Positions 1 through 10,426 of a stretch of DNA of 64,000 bases are shown in pieces. Under the pieces are notes generated by a model. It was given only the letters and a program-made list of their open reading frames with translations. It was not told where the DNA came from and made no database searches. Position 1 is the first letter of the stretch. Each line of letters opens with the position of its first letter. The position numbers and the translations under genes are program-made. The stretch is from Camelus dromedarius (taxonomy: Eukaryota). The stretch is from assembly GCF_036321535.1 (NCBI RefSeq), contig NC_087447.1:52826001-52890000 (forward strand), in the 5' to 3' direction.

Positions 1-418
1 CGCCCTGGCCCCGCCCACCCGGTGGCCCCGCTCGCGCGGACTGCGGCTCTCCCCGCCGAGAAGCCCCCAGCCCGGGACAACGTGCAGACGCCGGCGGGGA
101 GCGCGAAGGGGTCTCGACCCCCGCAACCCACCCAGGACTTCCGAAGGTGGCCAGAGGTCGGCAGGGAGAAGGGTCGCGCGGGGCCAGCGCCTAGGAGGAG
201 GGCAGGAATGCGCCGCCCCTGAGCGCCGGGAAACAGGTTGCTGCCGAGCTCTGTCCCCTCCCCGCGGCCGCCCCGCCGCGACCCGATTCCTGCCCTGCCC
301 CGGGACCAAACCCAGCCTCTCGGAGCCCTCCTTCCCCGACCCCTGCGGCCCGGCCAGAGCCCCGCAGGCAGCGGGTTAAAGGCGCCTTCAGCAAGGTCAA
401 GGCGAGGCCGGCCGGTAC

Positions 419-473
419 CTGGGGATTTTTCCCATCTGAGCACAAGATTTGCAATCGCATTGTTAAGGATCAT
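419..473 (-). CDS. Possible coding start or uORF MILNNAIANLVLRWEKSP (18 codons + 1 nt, open through the donor)
   Basis: Strong Kozak context GCCGCTGCCATG at 473; no stop before the donor; peptide not recognised. Confidence 0.2.
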
Positions 474-748
474 GGCAGCGGCAAGAAATCCGAACGGCCC
501 CCACAGGTCTTCGAGAGGGAGGGTTTATTTTACAGCGCGGAACACACTCAGACAACCCCGGGATTTTGGGGTGGGGTGTGGATGCTGGATTTCAGGACGA
601 TGGAATGTGGTAAAAACAAAACATTCCCCACCAGTGTCGCCGCCACCCCCTGACCTCGGGCGGGGGGGTGGGGTGGGGAGCTCAGGGCCACTGTGCCCTA
701 GACTACTGCGTTCCGCAAGGCATTCCAGGTCTGGGGTGGTTTATCCCT
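419..748 (-). other. Candidate 330-nt internal/alternative exon
   Basis: Acceptor tcttgttttttgcctgtag| at 749/748 and donor CAG|GTACCG at 419/418 on minus strand. Confidence 0.4.
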
Positions 749-1465
749 CTACAGGCAAAAAACAAGATTTAAAAACATTCTACTACTGTGGTTTCTCTAC
801 CAGAGACCATCAATGTGCTGCTGCTGGCGGCGGCGGCGAAGAGAAGCAGCGAGATGAGAATAAACGCCAAAAGAAGCAAACTGCCGTCCGCGTAGCAGAG
901 CAACTAGGGGGACGGAAGCCATACTTGGCCCCTATCCCCATCCCATCCCCATTAGAGCCGGCCTAGCCCAGAAACCAGGAATAGGTACATGATGGTAGCC
1001 GACCCCGCCTGGCAGAGGCCAGCACTCTCTCTCCTAACCCCGCGCCAGAGTGGGCCTGAATGTCTGGGATGCTCGGCATCTCCAAGGGGGACCAGGCTTC
1101 GCGGGCAGGTTTCTAAACACGTGAAGGGCACTGCGTAGGGAAGATGAGGAGGAGGCGCTCTGAGAGGCAGCGAAGAGGGGCTTTGGGGTTCTTCAGGGCA
1201 CAAAGTCAGTTTCCTATAACAGCACTCCCTGGAAGGCCTCCCGGTACCCCTGAGGGGAGGCTTGGGCCTTAAGGACTCAGTGGACCCTAAGTTCTGACCC
1301 GCTTTTCTCTCTAATCACTCGCAGATCCTCTTCCCAGTCCCTGCCTCCATCACCGGTTCTTTGGGAACAGCAGCATCAGCACCCAACGCCCATCGCAGGA
1401 GTGGGCGCCGTGATGCGAGGCGTCTCCGTTCTCCGGTGCCGGGGTGTAAGCGCTCTGACACTTAC

Positions 1466-1555
1466 GTTCCTCAAGCAGGCAAACTTTCAGGCTTGTCTTT
1501 CGCGAACCGGGTTCCGGCATCACGGTTCCGGGTAATCACTGAGGCAGTTTATATA
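1466..1555 (-). promoter_or_regulatory. Candidate TATA-box alternative promoter with ~60-nt first exon
   Basis: TATATAAA (minus, 1555-1548), CCGGAA ETS cores at 1526-1531 and 1512-1517, CCAAT (minus) 1768-1772, consensus donor AAC|GTAAGT at 1466/1465. Confidence 0.45.
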
Positions 1556-2997
1556 ATTGCTCGCGACGCCGTTCGGCGTATCTCCCGGTGTGCGCGGCCG
1601 CACAGCTCAGCACATGGGCTCCCTCTAAGCCTGGCGCTCGAATCCCCAGCGTGACCCGCCGCCGACTTCCACAAAGCATCAGGGAGGTCTCGTGGGCGAG
1701 TCAGACACTAACAGTGCAAGCAGGACCAGGCAAGACACAAGGTGCCTCCCCGCGCCGCTTTCGCTGCATTGGTTGCTTAACGGATAGCTGCATCTCTAAA
1801 AACCTTCTCGCCAGGCCTGGGGGCAGTAGGGGGTAAGGGACCGGGCAGGACATCGGCGCGGTTCAGAAGAGGGCTCCGTACCCAACTGAGTAAGAATACC
1901 CTCGTCCACATGGACGAGGGCTCACAAGGCTCACAAATCGCTTTAACGTCTCGCTCTGAATGGGGAGCCAGTTTCCAAAGTTAGAAACCACGCAGTTGAA
2001 TTTCCAGTACTTTCCAACCTCGCCTAGGCGGGGGCAGGGCAGAGAAGGGCGGCCAGCGGCGAGCAAAGCCCACCCTACCGCCCCGCCAACTGGGACTCAC
2101 TAGTTGAACCTCCCCTTGCCCCAGTGGTTGACTGTGTATTTTCTGGTTGCGTGTACACGCGCGCACACACACACACACCGCGAGACCACCTTCCCGTCTG
2201 CTCCTCCAAAATAAAGACTGCATTTTTAAATTGCGAGGAAAATGACTAAGGAGCTCGGTGATCACATATCATCCCAGGGCACATTTCCCAAAGCCGGTGC
2301 GAGAAGTCACATGCACATACACGCACACCCAGGAGCGCTCCGAGTGTCTACCCGGCGGCTGCAGCCTCGACTCGCTCGGAGGGGAACGTCAACACCGCGG
2401 CAGGGCGGCGGATCAAGAGAGAGGAGCGACGCGCCGGCTGCAGAGGGCGCGGGGTTGGGGTCGCGTCTCGCGGTTCTCCGCTCCAACCGCAGCGCGCGCG
2501 GGGCTGCCGCAGCCGGCGCTCGCCCCACAGGGAAGGCTGCAGCCCCGGAGTCCCGCGCCGCCTCGCGGGCTCCTCCAGTTCCCGCCGGGGCCCTGGGGCG
2601 GACGGGTCTGCAGAGGGGCTGCGGGCGCTGGGGCCGAGGCGAAGCGGATCTGGGCGAGACAGACGAATCCGGGGCGCGTCGCCTACCTCCAACCGCCGTC
2701 CCGGGCCCGCGCCCACCTCTCTGCCACTCCTCAGCCCTGGCTCTCTGGCTGCAGTCCGTGGCGGGCTCCGGGGACTGCTCGGCTGAGGCTCGGGACTCTA
2801 TAGACTGTCTCTCCTAGCCGGCCACCAGCTCCCCAGCCGTCCTCCCTTCCTCCCCGGGTGCGGACCGGAGCCCTGAGCTTCCGCGCAAACTGCCCCGACC
2901 CTGCCCCACCTAGAGAGTAAGGAGAGGCGAGAGAGTCGGCGAGGCGCCGCCGCGGTCCCCAAAGCGCTTTTCCGTAGAGCGGATCGCGCCGCCTTAC

Positions 2998-3500
2998 CGT
3001 GGCTGCAGGCTGCCACCGCCGGGGAAGCGGGGAGGAGGGCGTCAGGGAGGCAAGGCGCCGCGCCGGTGGCTCCTCTCGTTCTCGGCGGCGCGGCTCGGCT
3101 CTGCGAGCCCAAGCAGGGCGCCCAGGAAGGAGCAGGTCCCGGCTCTGCGCTCAGCTCCCGTGAGACCAACAATAGCTCACTCAGGGAGAGGAGCCCCAGA
3201 GAGCTTCCAGCCGCGCGCGCTCGCCCGGCTCCCGCTCCCGGCCGCTCCCGGCCGGCGTCCCTGCCAGCACTGCTGCCCCACATGAAACAGCTGCAATCCC
3301 GAGGCTTCTGGGGGGTTGGGGCGGGTGTGTGTGTGTGCGCGCGCGCGCGCGCCTGTGTGTGTGTGTGTGTGTAATAGCTTCCCTCCTCGTCTTCCCCTCC
3401 CTGCCTGCTCGCCTGCCTGCCTCCGTCCCCCACCCTCGCTCTCTTACACACAGAGAGGGCGAGCGAGAGAGACACACACACGCACACACACACGCACACG
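2998..3500 (-). other. Candidate main first exon (probably 5'UTR); TSS approximate
   Basis: Minus-strand donor ACG|GTAAGG at 2998/2997; GC-box-like GGGAGGCGGG 3515-3524 and CCAAT 3527-3531 just upstream; microsatellite-rich leader. Confidence 0.55.
3325..3372. repeat. (GT)6(GC)8-c-(TG)n compound microsatellite, Z-DNA-prone
   Basis: Read directly from sequence. Confidence 0.95.
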
Positions 3501-3502
3501 CA
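3472..3502. repeat. Interrupted (CA)n microsatellite
   Basis: acacacacacgcacacacacacgcacacgca. Confidence 0.9.
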
Positions 3503-3637
3503 GGTTACATGAATGGGAGGCGGGAGCCAATCCTGCGAGGCTGGGCGAGCCGCGGAGCACAGGCGCTGGGAGCAGGGCCGCACCACGGCGCGGGGGGGCG
3601 CCACGCAGGTGATGCGCTTTCTCCCGGGGACACTCAC

Positions 3638-3960
3638 CAGCCTCTCGGTCAGCCCAGTCTCTCCGTTGCCTCCGACGTCTTCCCCTCTCCCCTTCCCTCC
3701 TTTCTCTCTGCTTTTTTCTCCATCTTCTCTCTTTCCTATTTCCTTTTCGTTCCCGAATTCTCCGAGTTCTCTCAGTTCAGTATCTTTCTCTCTTTTCTTA
3801 CACTGCCATCGCTTTCTTTCTCGCTCCCTGTCTCAAACTTTCTCCTTCCTCATCCCACCTTTCTCGACTTCCTCTTCTCTTGCCTTTTCTTCTCTTTCCT
3901 CCCGCTTTGACTTTCTCTCCCGCCTCTCTGCAGTGTCGTCTGGGCTCCTCTCCCTCACCT
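3638..3960 (-). other. Candidate upstream alternative first exon (purine-rich on minus strand); 5' end unknown
   Basis: Near-perfect donor CTG|GTGAGT at 3638/3637 on minus strand, at the end of a ~300-nt GA-rich tract. Confidence 0.35.
3655..3960. repeat. CT-rich polypyrimidine low-complexity tract
   Basis: ~300 nt almost entirely C/T on + strand. Confidence 0.9.
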
Positions 3961-4329
3961 CACTGCCTGTCCCTGGGTCTCCCTGGGGCGCGAGGCCCCG
4001 CTCCTAGCCTACTCCCTAAGGTTACTTTACACCCCCAGCACTTTCCCAGGGATGATCTCTCTTAAGGTTGCTGCTGCAGCAGAGCCAGAGGTAATTAAGA
4101 CCTGAGAACTTGAGTTCCTTCCTCAGGCACGCAAGATGCCCAAAGAAAGGCCCTCCTTCCTCGGACAATTTCCCCCAAACCATGGTAACAGCTACTGAGT
4201 CGTGAAAACAATCATTTAAAAAATAACCGCAGTGAACGTGTGGTCCAGGAGATTTCTGTCCTTCGCGTGTCTGGATCGTGGTCGCCAACACATTTCCAAG
4301 AGAAGGGCATTTTTATATGATAGGAGAGG

Positions 4330-4570
4330 CAGCTTGGTGCAGTGGCAACTTGCAGGGGGCTTGGGGAGAAACTGGAGAAATTCCCACCCCTGCCTTGCTG
4401 CATGCTAGCTGTGTGATTTAGTGCAAGTCATTACCACTCATCTAGCCTCAGTTTTCACATCTGTAAAACAGATAATTATACCTATCTCACCAATTATGGT
4501 GAGGATTAAAAGACAGAACAACAGAGAGAAAGCACTGGGCATACAGGAGGTGCTCAGTTAGTGTTAGTTC
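4330..4570 (+). mobile_element. MIR SINE
   Basis: ctagctgtgtga...gcctcagttttcacatctgtaaaa...gtgaggattaaa core. Confidence 0.85.
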
Positions 4571-5439
4571 CCTCCCATCCTGTTTTTAAACTCCCTTCAT
4601 GATCTGCTGCATTATATCTCCATGTTCTCATGTGCTTAATGAAGGAAGAAGGGTGACAATGCTAACGTCATACAAATGTGAAACAAGGTCTAGGATATTT
4701 TAATATCTCTATTGTGTGGTCAGGAGACTGTCTAGCCAGTTACCCTTACATATACTGATTACAGAGGCATCACAGAGATTACAGTATAAACTTGGGGACC
4801 TCGAATGCCCCTTCCACATCTCCTGAGGCATCCCAGAAAGGCAGGGGTGAGGGTAGGGGTGGGTGGGAGATTTCCACACACTCTGTCCAATCTATTTTTA
4901 AAATCTTCATGATCACTGAACACTGACCAGTGACAAAGCCCCTGAGACTGACTAAAATGTTAAGTCTCTGCCTTTGGATAACGTTTATTAATATTATGTC
5001 TTCACCACAGACATCAAATGCTGGGAATAAGCTGTGATTGGCAGTCAGACTTAGTCCTTTGATAAATATCGTTGACCACCTACTCCATGGTTGGCACTGT
5101 GATCAGGGCATCCAGTAGTGAGGCAAACAGGCCCTGCCTTTGTAAGTGTACAGTGCAGGAGACATGTGTCATGAATGTGTAATAGGAAAATGAGTCACAT
5201 GGACCTTGAGAAATGCCACTTGTTTGATGGACAAAATCTTTCAAAATATGAGGTCCATGGCAGGAGTGGGGAATAATGAAGGGTTCCTTGAGAGTGAAAA
5301 TTTGGGAATCTATTCTTCATTCTATGCATCTCATTTTACCAACGAGAAAACAGAGGCCCAAATGATAAAGGTAGTGGCTGAGAGTATGATGAGAAAAAGA
5401 GATATTCTGTATAGTCTCAAAGTATCTTTGATTAATTTC

Positions 5440-5960
5440 AAAGGGGAAAATATTAACTTTATAGTTACAGTTATCTTTTGAAATTTACAACTTTACAGTT
5501 GAAAATCCTGGCCAGCTCCACCGTAATCAGGTAAGTAATAAGTCAGCACCATGGGACTATGGTGAATAGACTTCCTATGCCTCCTGCTGTGATGCTGAGA
5601 GGGCCGCCACATCACTTCTGTGGTATTCCTGACCAAAATAAGCAACCTGAATAGGGTCATGAAGAGACATCAAACCCAAATCAGGACTGCTCAGTGAGGT
5701 AACTGTCACGTGTTCTTCAAATATACTAAAGTCTTAAAAGACAGACTCAAGCACAGTTCCAGATTAAAGGAACAGTTTAGTTGTCATGACAAAAAATGCA
5801 ACATGTGGTCCTAGAATGTGGACATTAGCGGGACAGTTGGTAAAATTAAAATAAGGTCTGAAGGTTAGATAATAGTTTGTTATCAATGTCAATTTCCTGA
5901 TTTTGATCATTACTGTGATTATGTAGACTATCCTTGTTTTTAGGAAATACACAACTCAAA
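5440..5960 (+). mobile_element. Old L1 3' fragment (L1MC/MD-like)
   Basis: catcacttctgtggtattcctg...tatcaatgtcaatttcctgattttgatcatt...gtttttaggaaatacac. Confidence 0.75.
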
Positions 5961-6039
5961 TTTTTAGTGGCTAAATAAGGTAACAAAGCCCAATTCCCAC
6001 CTTCAAGGAGTGGTAGTTTTCTGCCTAAGAAATGGGCAG

Positions 6040-6750
6040 AGTGCGAGCACAGAAGGATGCACAGCCAAATCCTTGAGGGTAAGGGACGACTTCCTGAATG
6101 AGGTGGCATTCAAGCTGAGTTTTGAAGGCAAGAAAGCTTGCTAGACCATGAAGGGAAGGTGAGGGTGCTTTTTAAGTAAAGGTAACAGCACAAGGACATG
6201 GACAAAAGCATGAGGCACTCATTATGGCCCTGGAATTGGCATGTGAAGGGAGTGTCTGGGGTAGAGTCTAGAGCAATAATAGGTAGGGTTGGATCTTGAA
6301 GAGGCCTGAAGGAACCTGAGGATCTTAAATATATTGACAGCTCAGGTACAGGGTGGGTGGGAAGAAGGGAGTTATTAAAAGCTTCTAGATAAGGGAGACA
6401 AGTGATCTTAAGTGTACTTGAAAAAGGCAATCTGGCAGCATTGTGGAGAAATGGGTTGAAGGGAGTGGTTTGGGAAGACCAGAGATGCTCATTTAGGTCA
6501 TTTAGGTAAACTAAGGCAATTGTGAGGATGGAGAAGGGAGGAGACATTTGAGAGAGATGGAGGATGTAAAATGAATAGATTTTGGTAACTGGTTGGATGG
6601 GGTAGGCAAGGAGAAATCCAAAGTGACTCCTAATTCTCAAGCTTGGATACCTGGGTGAAGGGTGGCTCTAGTCACTTTGATGTCCAATGAATTCAGGAGG
6701 AAGTGGGGGTTTTAGAGGGGAAAGAAAGGTCAGTTGTTACCATGCTGTCA
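6040..6750 (-). mobile_element. L2 LINE fragment
   Basis: gaggtggcattcaagctgagttttgaagg...ctggcagcattgtggaga...ggagacatttgagaga typical of reverse-oriented L2 3' region. Confidence 0.75.
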
Positions 6751-6819
6751 TCTAACTCCATAGCTGGCTTAAGATTCTCCTGCACACCCACTCTGTGCTA
6801 TAGGAAACACTACTGTAAA

Positions 6820-7260
6820 ATTCAACCTAAAAGCCAGCCCCATGTATTATCCAGAAAAAAAAAAAACCCAGTAGACTAGATATGATAGCAGCACATTATT
6901 TGTAATAACGTGAAGACAATTGAAACAGCCTAAATGGTCAGCTAGGCTAAGTAAATCTGGGGACAACTTTGTTGGAATATTATGCAGTCACTCTAAAGTT
7001 TTTCCTCTTTTGCAGAGTTTTTTGTGCCAAGGGAAAATGCCAATGTTAGCATGTAACAGTTTTGAAGTCTGCTTCTTAAAAATTTTAACTACATAAAAAT
7101 CAGAGTGGAGAAAAATCTGAAAAAAAAAATCATGCCAAATATTAACAATGGTTGCCTCTGGGTGACAGGATTATGAGTAATATATTTTCTTCATTTTTTG
7201 AAACTTTCTAACTTGCCCACAATGAACATTCATTATTTTCATAATAACAATAAAAAGCTG
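6820..7260 (+). mobile_element. Ancient L1 (L1ME-like) 3' fragment
   Basis: gcagcacattatttgtaata...ggaatattatgcagtca...ttaacaatggttgcctctgggtg. Confidence 0.7.
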
Positions 7261-8599
7261 TCATTAACAAAACCGAACATGGCTGTGACCACCCCCCCCT
7301 TCCACTTTATGCCTTTTCAATCCACCCTTCCCACTCCCCCTGTAGACCAGCTGCCTTTTAAGCTTTATCTCTGAAGTGAAACAAGAGAGCATTTAACAAA
7401 TCAGGGGAAATGATCAGCTGGGCTGGAGAGGGGGAGAAGGCGGTCGTAGGCAGGCAGACACGTTATTAGAGCTGTTGAAACTGTACATATTAAAGATGTT
7501 TGCATTGCCCTTATTGATTCTGTGATATGTTACAAGGAAAAGAAAACCTATAATGGGGCCAGGAAAATGTGCGTCTTTAAAGGGCAAGTTTTAATTAGGA
7601 AAGGTATTTATTTGCAAAAACACTTCTCCTCGTAGTCTAGCAGTGACTGTAAAATTGTTTCAGAAAGCAGCTATTTCAGGCAAAGAGTCAGGTAAGGGCA
7701 AGGGGCAATGTTCCGTGCTTGTTGTCTGATACTACATCAAATGCGCAAGCTGGTTGCATAGGATTTGGATAGCCACAGATAAGCATCATCATATGTTCAC
7801 AATTAGAGAGAGAAAAGTGCCAGCTAGAAGATGCTCTTGTGCTTTGGAAAGGTTGCAGTCAATGGCACCCCAGTTAGGTTCCCTCAGCATCTGTGATTTT
7901 TCATCTCCCGGAGATATTTTCTATGTGCCGAAGTTCCCAACCTAATAATAATAACACCTTCCGCAGCGTAGCCCTTTCTCCTTTTGGAAGTCTTCCCACG
8001 TCTGTTGATTCACTCAAGCCTTGTACCCACCCTGGCTGGGATCCTGTTACCTGCAGTTTGCAAGGGAGGAACAGGGACCCAAGGAGGCAGAGCAGTGACT
8101 AGAACTAAAGAAAGAATAAGGCCACTCCTGGAAAGGTTCTGTGTGGCTCCAGAGCTTCCAAGATATGTTACATCATCAAACCCTCAAGGTAACCTGGGAG
8201 GGAGGGTGAGTAAACTGAGGCTTGTGTGGTTCTGGCTCAACAGAATCAGAATTGGACCCCAGTTCTCAGGATTCTCAGGCCACTGCTTTTCCCAGCACAA
8301 CCCCAATTTTAAAAGCCAAGAAGTGAGGCTAGGTGTTATTCTTGGGCAATTTCCCCAGTTTAACCTGTGAGCTATCTTTGTCTGCTGGGAAGTGGGGTAA
8401 GAGATGATTCTTGAATGCGTCTGCTAGAAAAGTAGGGGAAAGCCTCAGCTTGGATTCCTAGAAACTTTCTCTTTTAGAGAAATGGTTGGCTCTTGCCTCT
8501 CTCTCCCCTCCCCCATCACAACGTTCAGCAGAGTATTTGGCACTTAGAGGTTCTTAGTAAGTATTCCTTCACTGAGTGAAGAAACAAATGCTAATAACA

Positions 8600-8815
8600 A
8601 AAGAGCTAGCACATAATGAGTAAAGGGACAGAGCAGAGGGTATTACCTTATTTGCATCTGAGAACAACATTTGTGGTAGATACAATTGTTACCCCTATTT
8701 CACAGGTGAGAAAACTGGGATGTAGAGAAGGCAATTTGTCCAAGGTCACGTGACTAACAAATGACAAAGCCAGATTCCCACTTGGATTGTTCTGAGTCCA
8801 GGCTCTTAACTACCA
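8600..8815 (-). mobile_element. MIR SINE
   Basis: cccctatttcacaggtgagaaaactgg...tgtccaaggtcac...ctcttaactac. Confidence 0.8.
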
Positions 8816-8889
8816 TACGGTATTGGATGGATGGATGGATGGAATTAATGATACTAGGAGTGAAGTGAGCTCTCCATGAACTGCAGTAC

Positions 8890-9140
8890 ATTTTATGGTA
8901 TGGTTAATCTTGTCTAGAAAAGGCCATCCCATTACTCTCCATGACTGCAACCCATTTTTTTTCCTTCCCATGTTTCACAAGCTGCAACTATTTGTATATG
9001 CATTTGTTTTACTTATTTTTTTTTTTTAATATCTATCCAACTTGCAATGTAAGTTCTGTGAGTGTCTTGGTCACCACTGTAATCCCCAGCACCTAGCACA
9101 GTGCTTGGCACAAAAGTAGGTATTCAATAAATGTTTGTGA
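8890..9140 (+). mobile_element. L2 3' end
   Basis: ccccagcacctagcacagtgcttggcaca...tattcaataaatgtttg. Confidence 0.75.
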
Positions 9141-9602
9141 AATGTGGGCTCCTGTCCCTCCTCAAGTGGTGGAGGGCCTGTGAGTATGTATACACATACT
9201 CCTGTGAAAGGTGGGTCTTTTCTGTGAATTTACCCCATCCCAAGCCAATGCTGTACTTTCTGCCTTGAGGGCATGTGGTCCAGGTGGTGGGGCTGAGATG
9301 CAGATGAGCATGTAAAGGTTCTGATTGTGCTCCACCACTGACATTTGCTCCCAGATAGCAGGGAAATCACTGATCAGAAAAAAGCAGCATCTGTTGTGGT
9401 CAAAGGTGACAAGCTGGCAAAATTCCACAGTGGAAGCATCCTCTCTGATTAGGTCAGCCCCCACTTTCACAGCAGAGAGGTGCTGTATCAGGTGACATCC
9501 CTTGCATAACATTTTCTTTCTGAGAGCCTGTAGCAATGGTCTCTTCAAAAGGAGCTTCCCTCCTGCATGCTTAATGCCATGTGATACTTTCCAAAGAAGA
9601 TG

Positions 9603-10426
9603 CCTGAGCTCCTACTGGGAGAAGCACTGTGGCTCTACTATCTACTATATCCAGCACCCTGGGCGAGTCTGGGACTCTGAATTTCCTCATCTTTCAAGAG
9701 CAGATAATAGCTCCTCCTTGCTGGTTGTAGTGAGGATAACTGGGATGCTATCTGGTTTGTATTTTTTAGTACCTAGTCATCTGAAGAATATCAATGAATA
9801 CCAGCTACATTTTTAAATATTAAGATTACTGCAGCCATAAAAAAGAAGAACATAATGTCATTTGAGGCAACATGGATAGACCTAGAGATCATCATTCCAA
9901 GTGAAGTAAGCCAGAAGGAGAAAGAAAAAAAAAATATTATATCACACATATGTGGAATCTAAAAAGAAAAAAGAAAAAAAGGACACTATGAACTCATTTA
10001 CAAAACAGAAACAGACTCGCAGACATAGTAAACAATCTTATGGTTACTGGGCAAAGGGGGTGGGATGGGATAAATTTGGGAGTTTGAGATTTACAAATGT
10101 TAGTCACTATATATAAAAATAGATTTTAAAAAAGTTTCTTCTCTATAGCACAGTGAACTATGTTCAATATCTTGTCTTCATCTTTAATGAAAAAGAATAT
10201 GAAAATGAATATAAGTATGTATACGCATGTCTGGGACATTGTGCTATATATTAGAAATTGACACATTGTAACTGACTGTACTTCACTTAAAAAAAAAAGA
10301 TTACTGGCAGGCTGTGTTGTGGGTGGGAGGAAAGCTCACGGGGTTATTGAGGGAAAAGGTAACGCATAGGGAACTAGAGAAGCCTCTTTTACAGATGCTC
10401 TGGTGACAAGTTCTGGATTATAAAAA
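9603..10426 (+). repeat. Local duplication copy 1 (~349 bp of duplicated sequence, interrupted by an L1)
   Basis: 9603-9831 plus 10307-10426 align to 16873-17220 at roughly 90-92% identity by hand. Confidence 0.95.
9832..10296 (+). mobile_element. 5'-truncated lineage-specific L1 (3' end) with poly(A) and 10-bp TSD
   Basis: cagccataaaaaagaa...gcaacatggatagacctagag...tatagcacagtgaacta...A-tail; TSD aagattactg at 9822-9831 and 10297-10306; TT|AAGA endonuclease-type site. Confidence 0.95.

Larger units (their letters stand above)
1..4010. promoter_or_regulatory. CpG island / complex promoter region of a minus-strand gene (continues past the left edge)
   Basis: Very GC-rich with dense CpG (many CGCG, GGGCGG) versus the CpG-depleted remainder; almost no interspersed repeats; several minus-strand splice donors; CCAAT and GC boxes. 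Confidence 0.92.

Noticed and set aside
22..4065. Many long overlapping ORFs (up to 279 aa) on both strands in the CpG island
   Set aside because: Expected from stop-codon scarcity in GC-rich/low-complexity DNA; Pro/Arg/Ala/Gly- or Ser/Leu/Phe-rich, many non-ATG starts, no recognisable domains
5543..5560. REST/NRSE-like site tcagcaccatgggact
   Set aside because: Right half and spacing deviate from TCAGCACCnnGGACAG, and it lies in an L1 remnant
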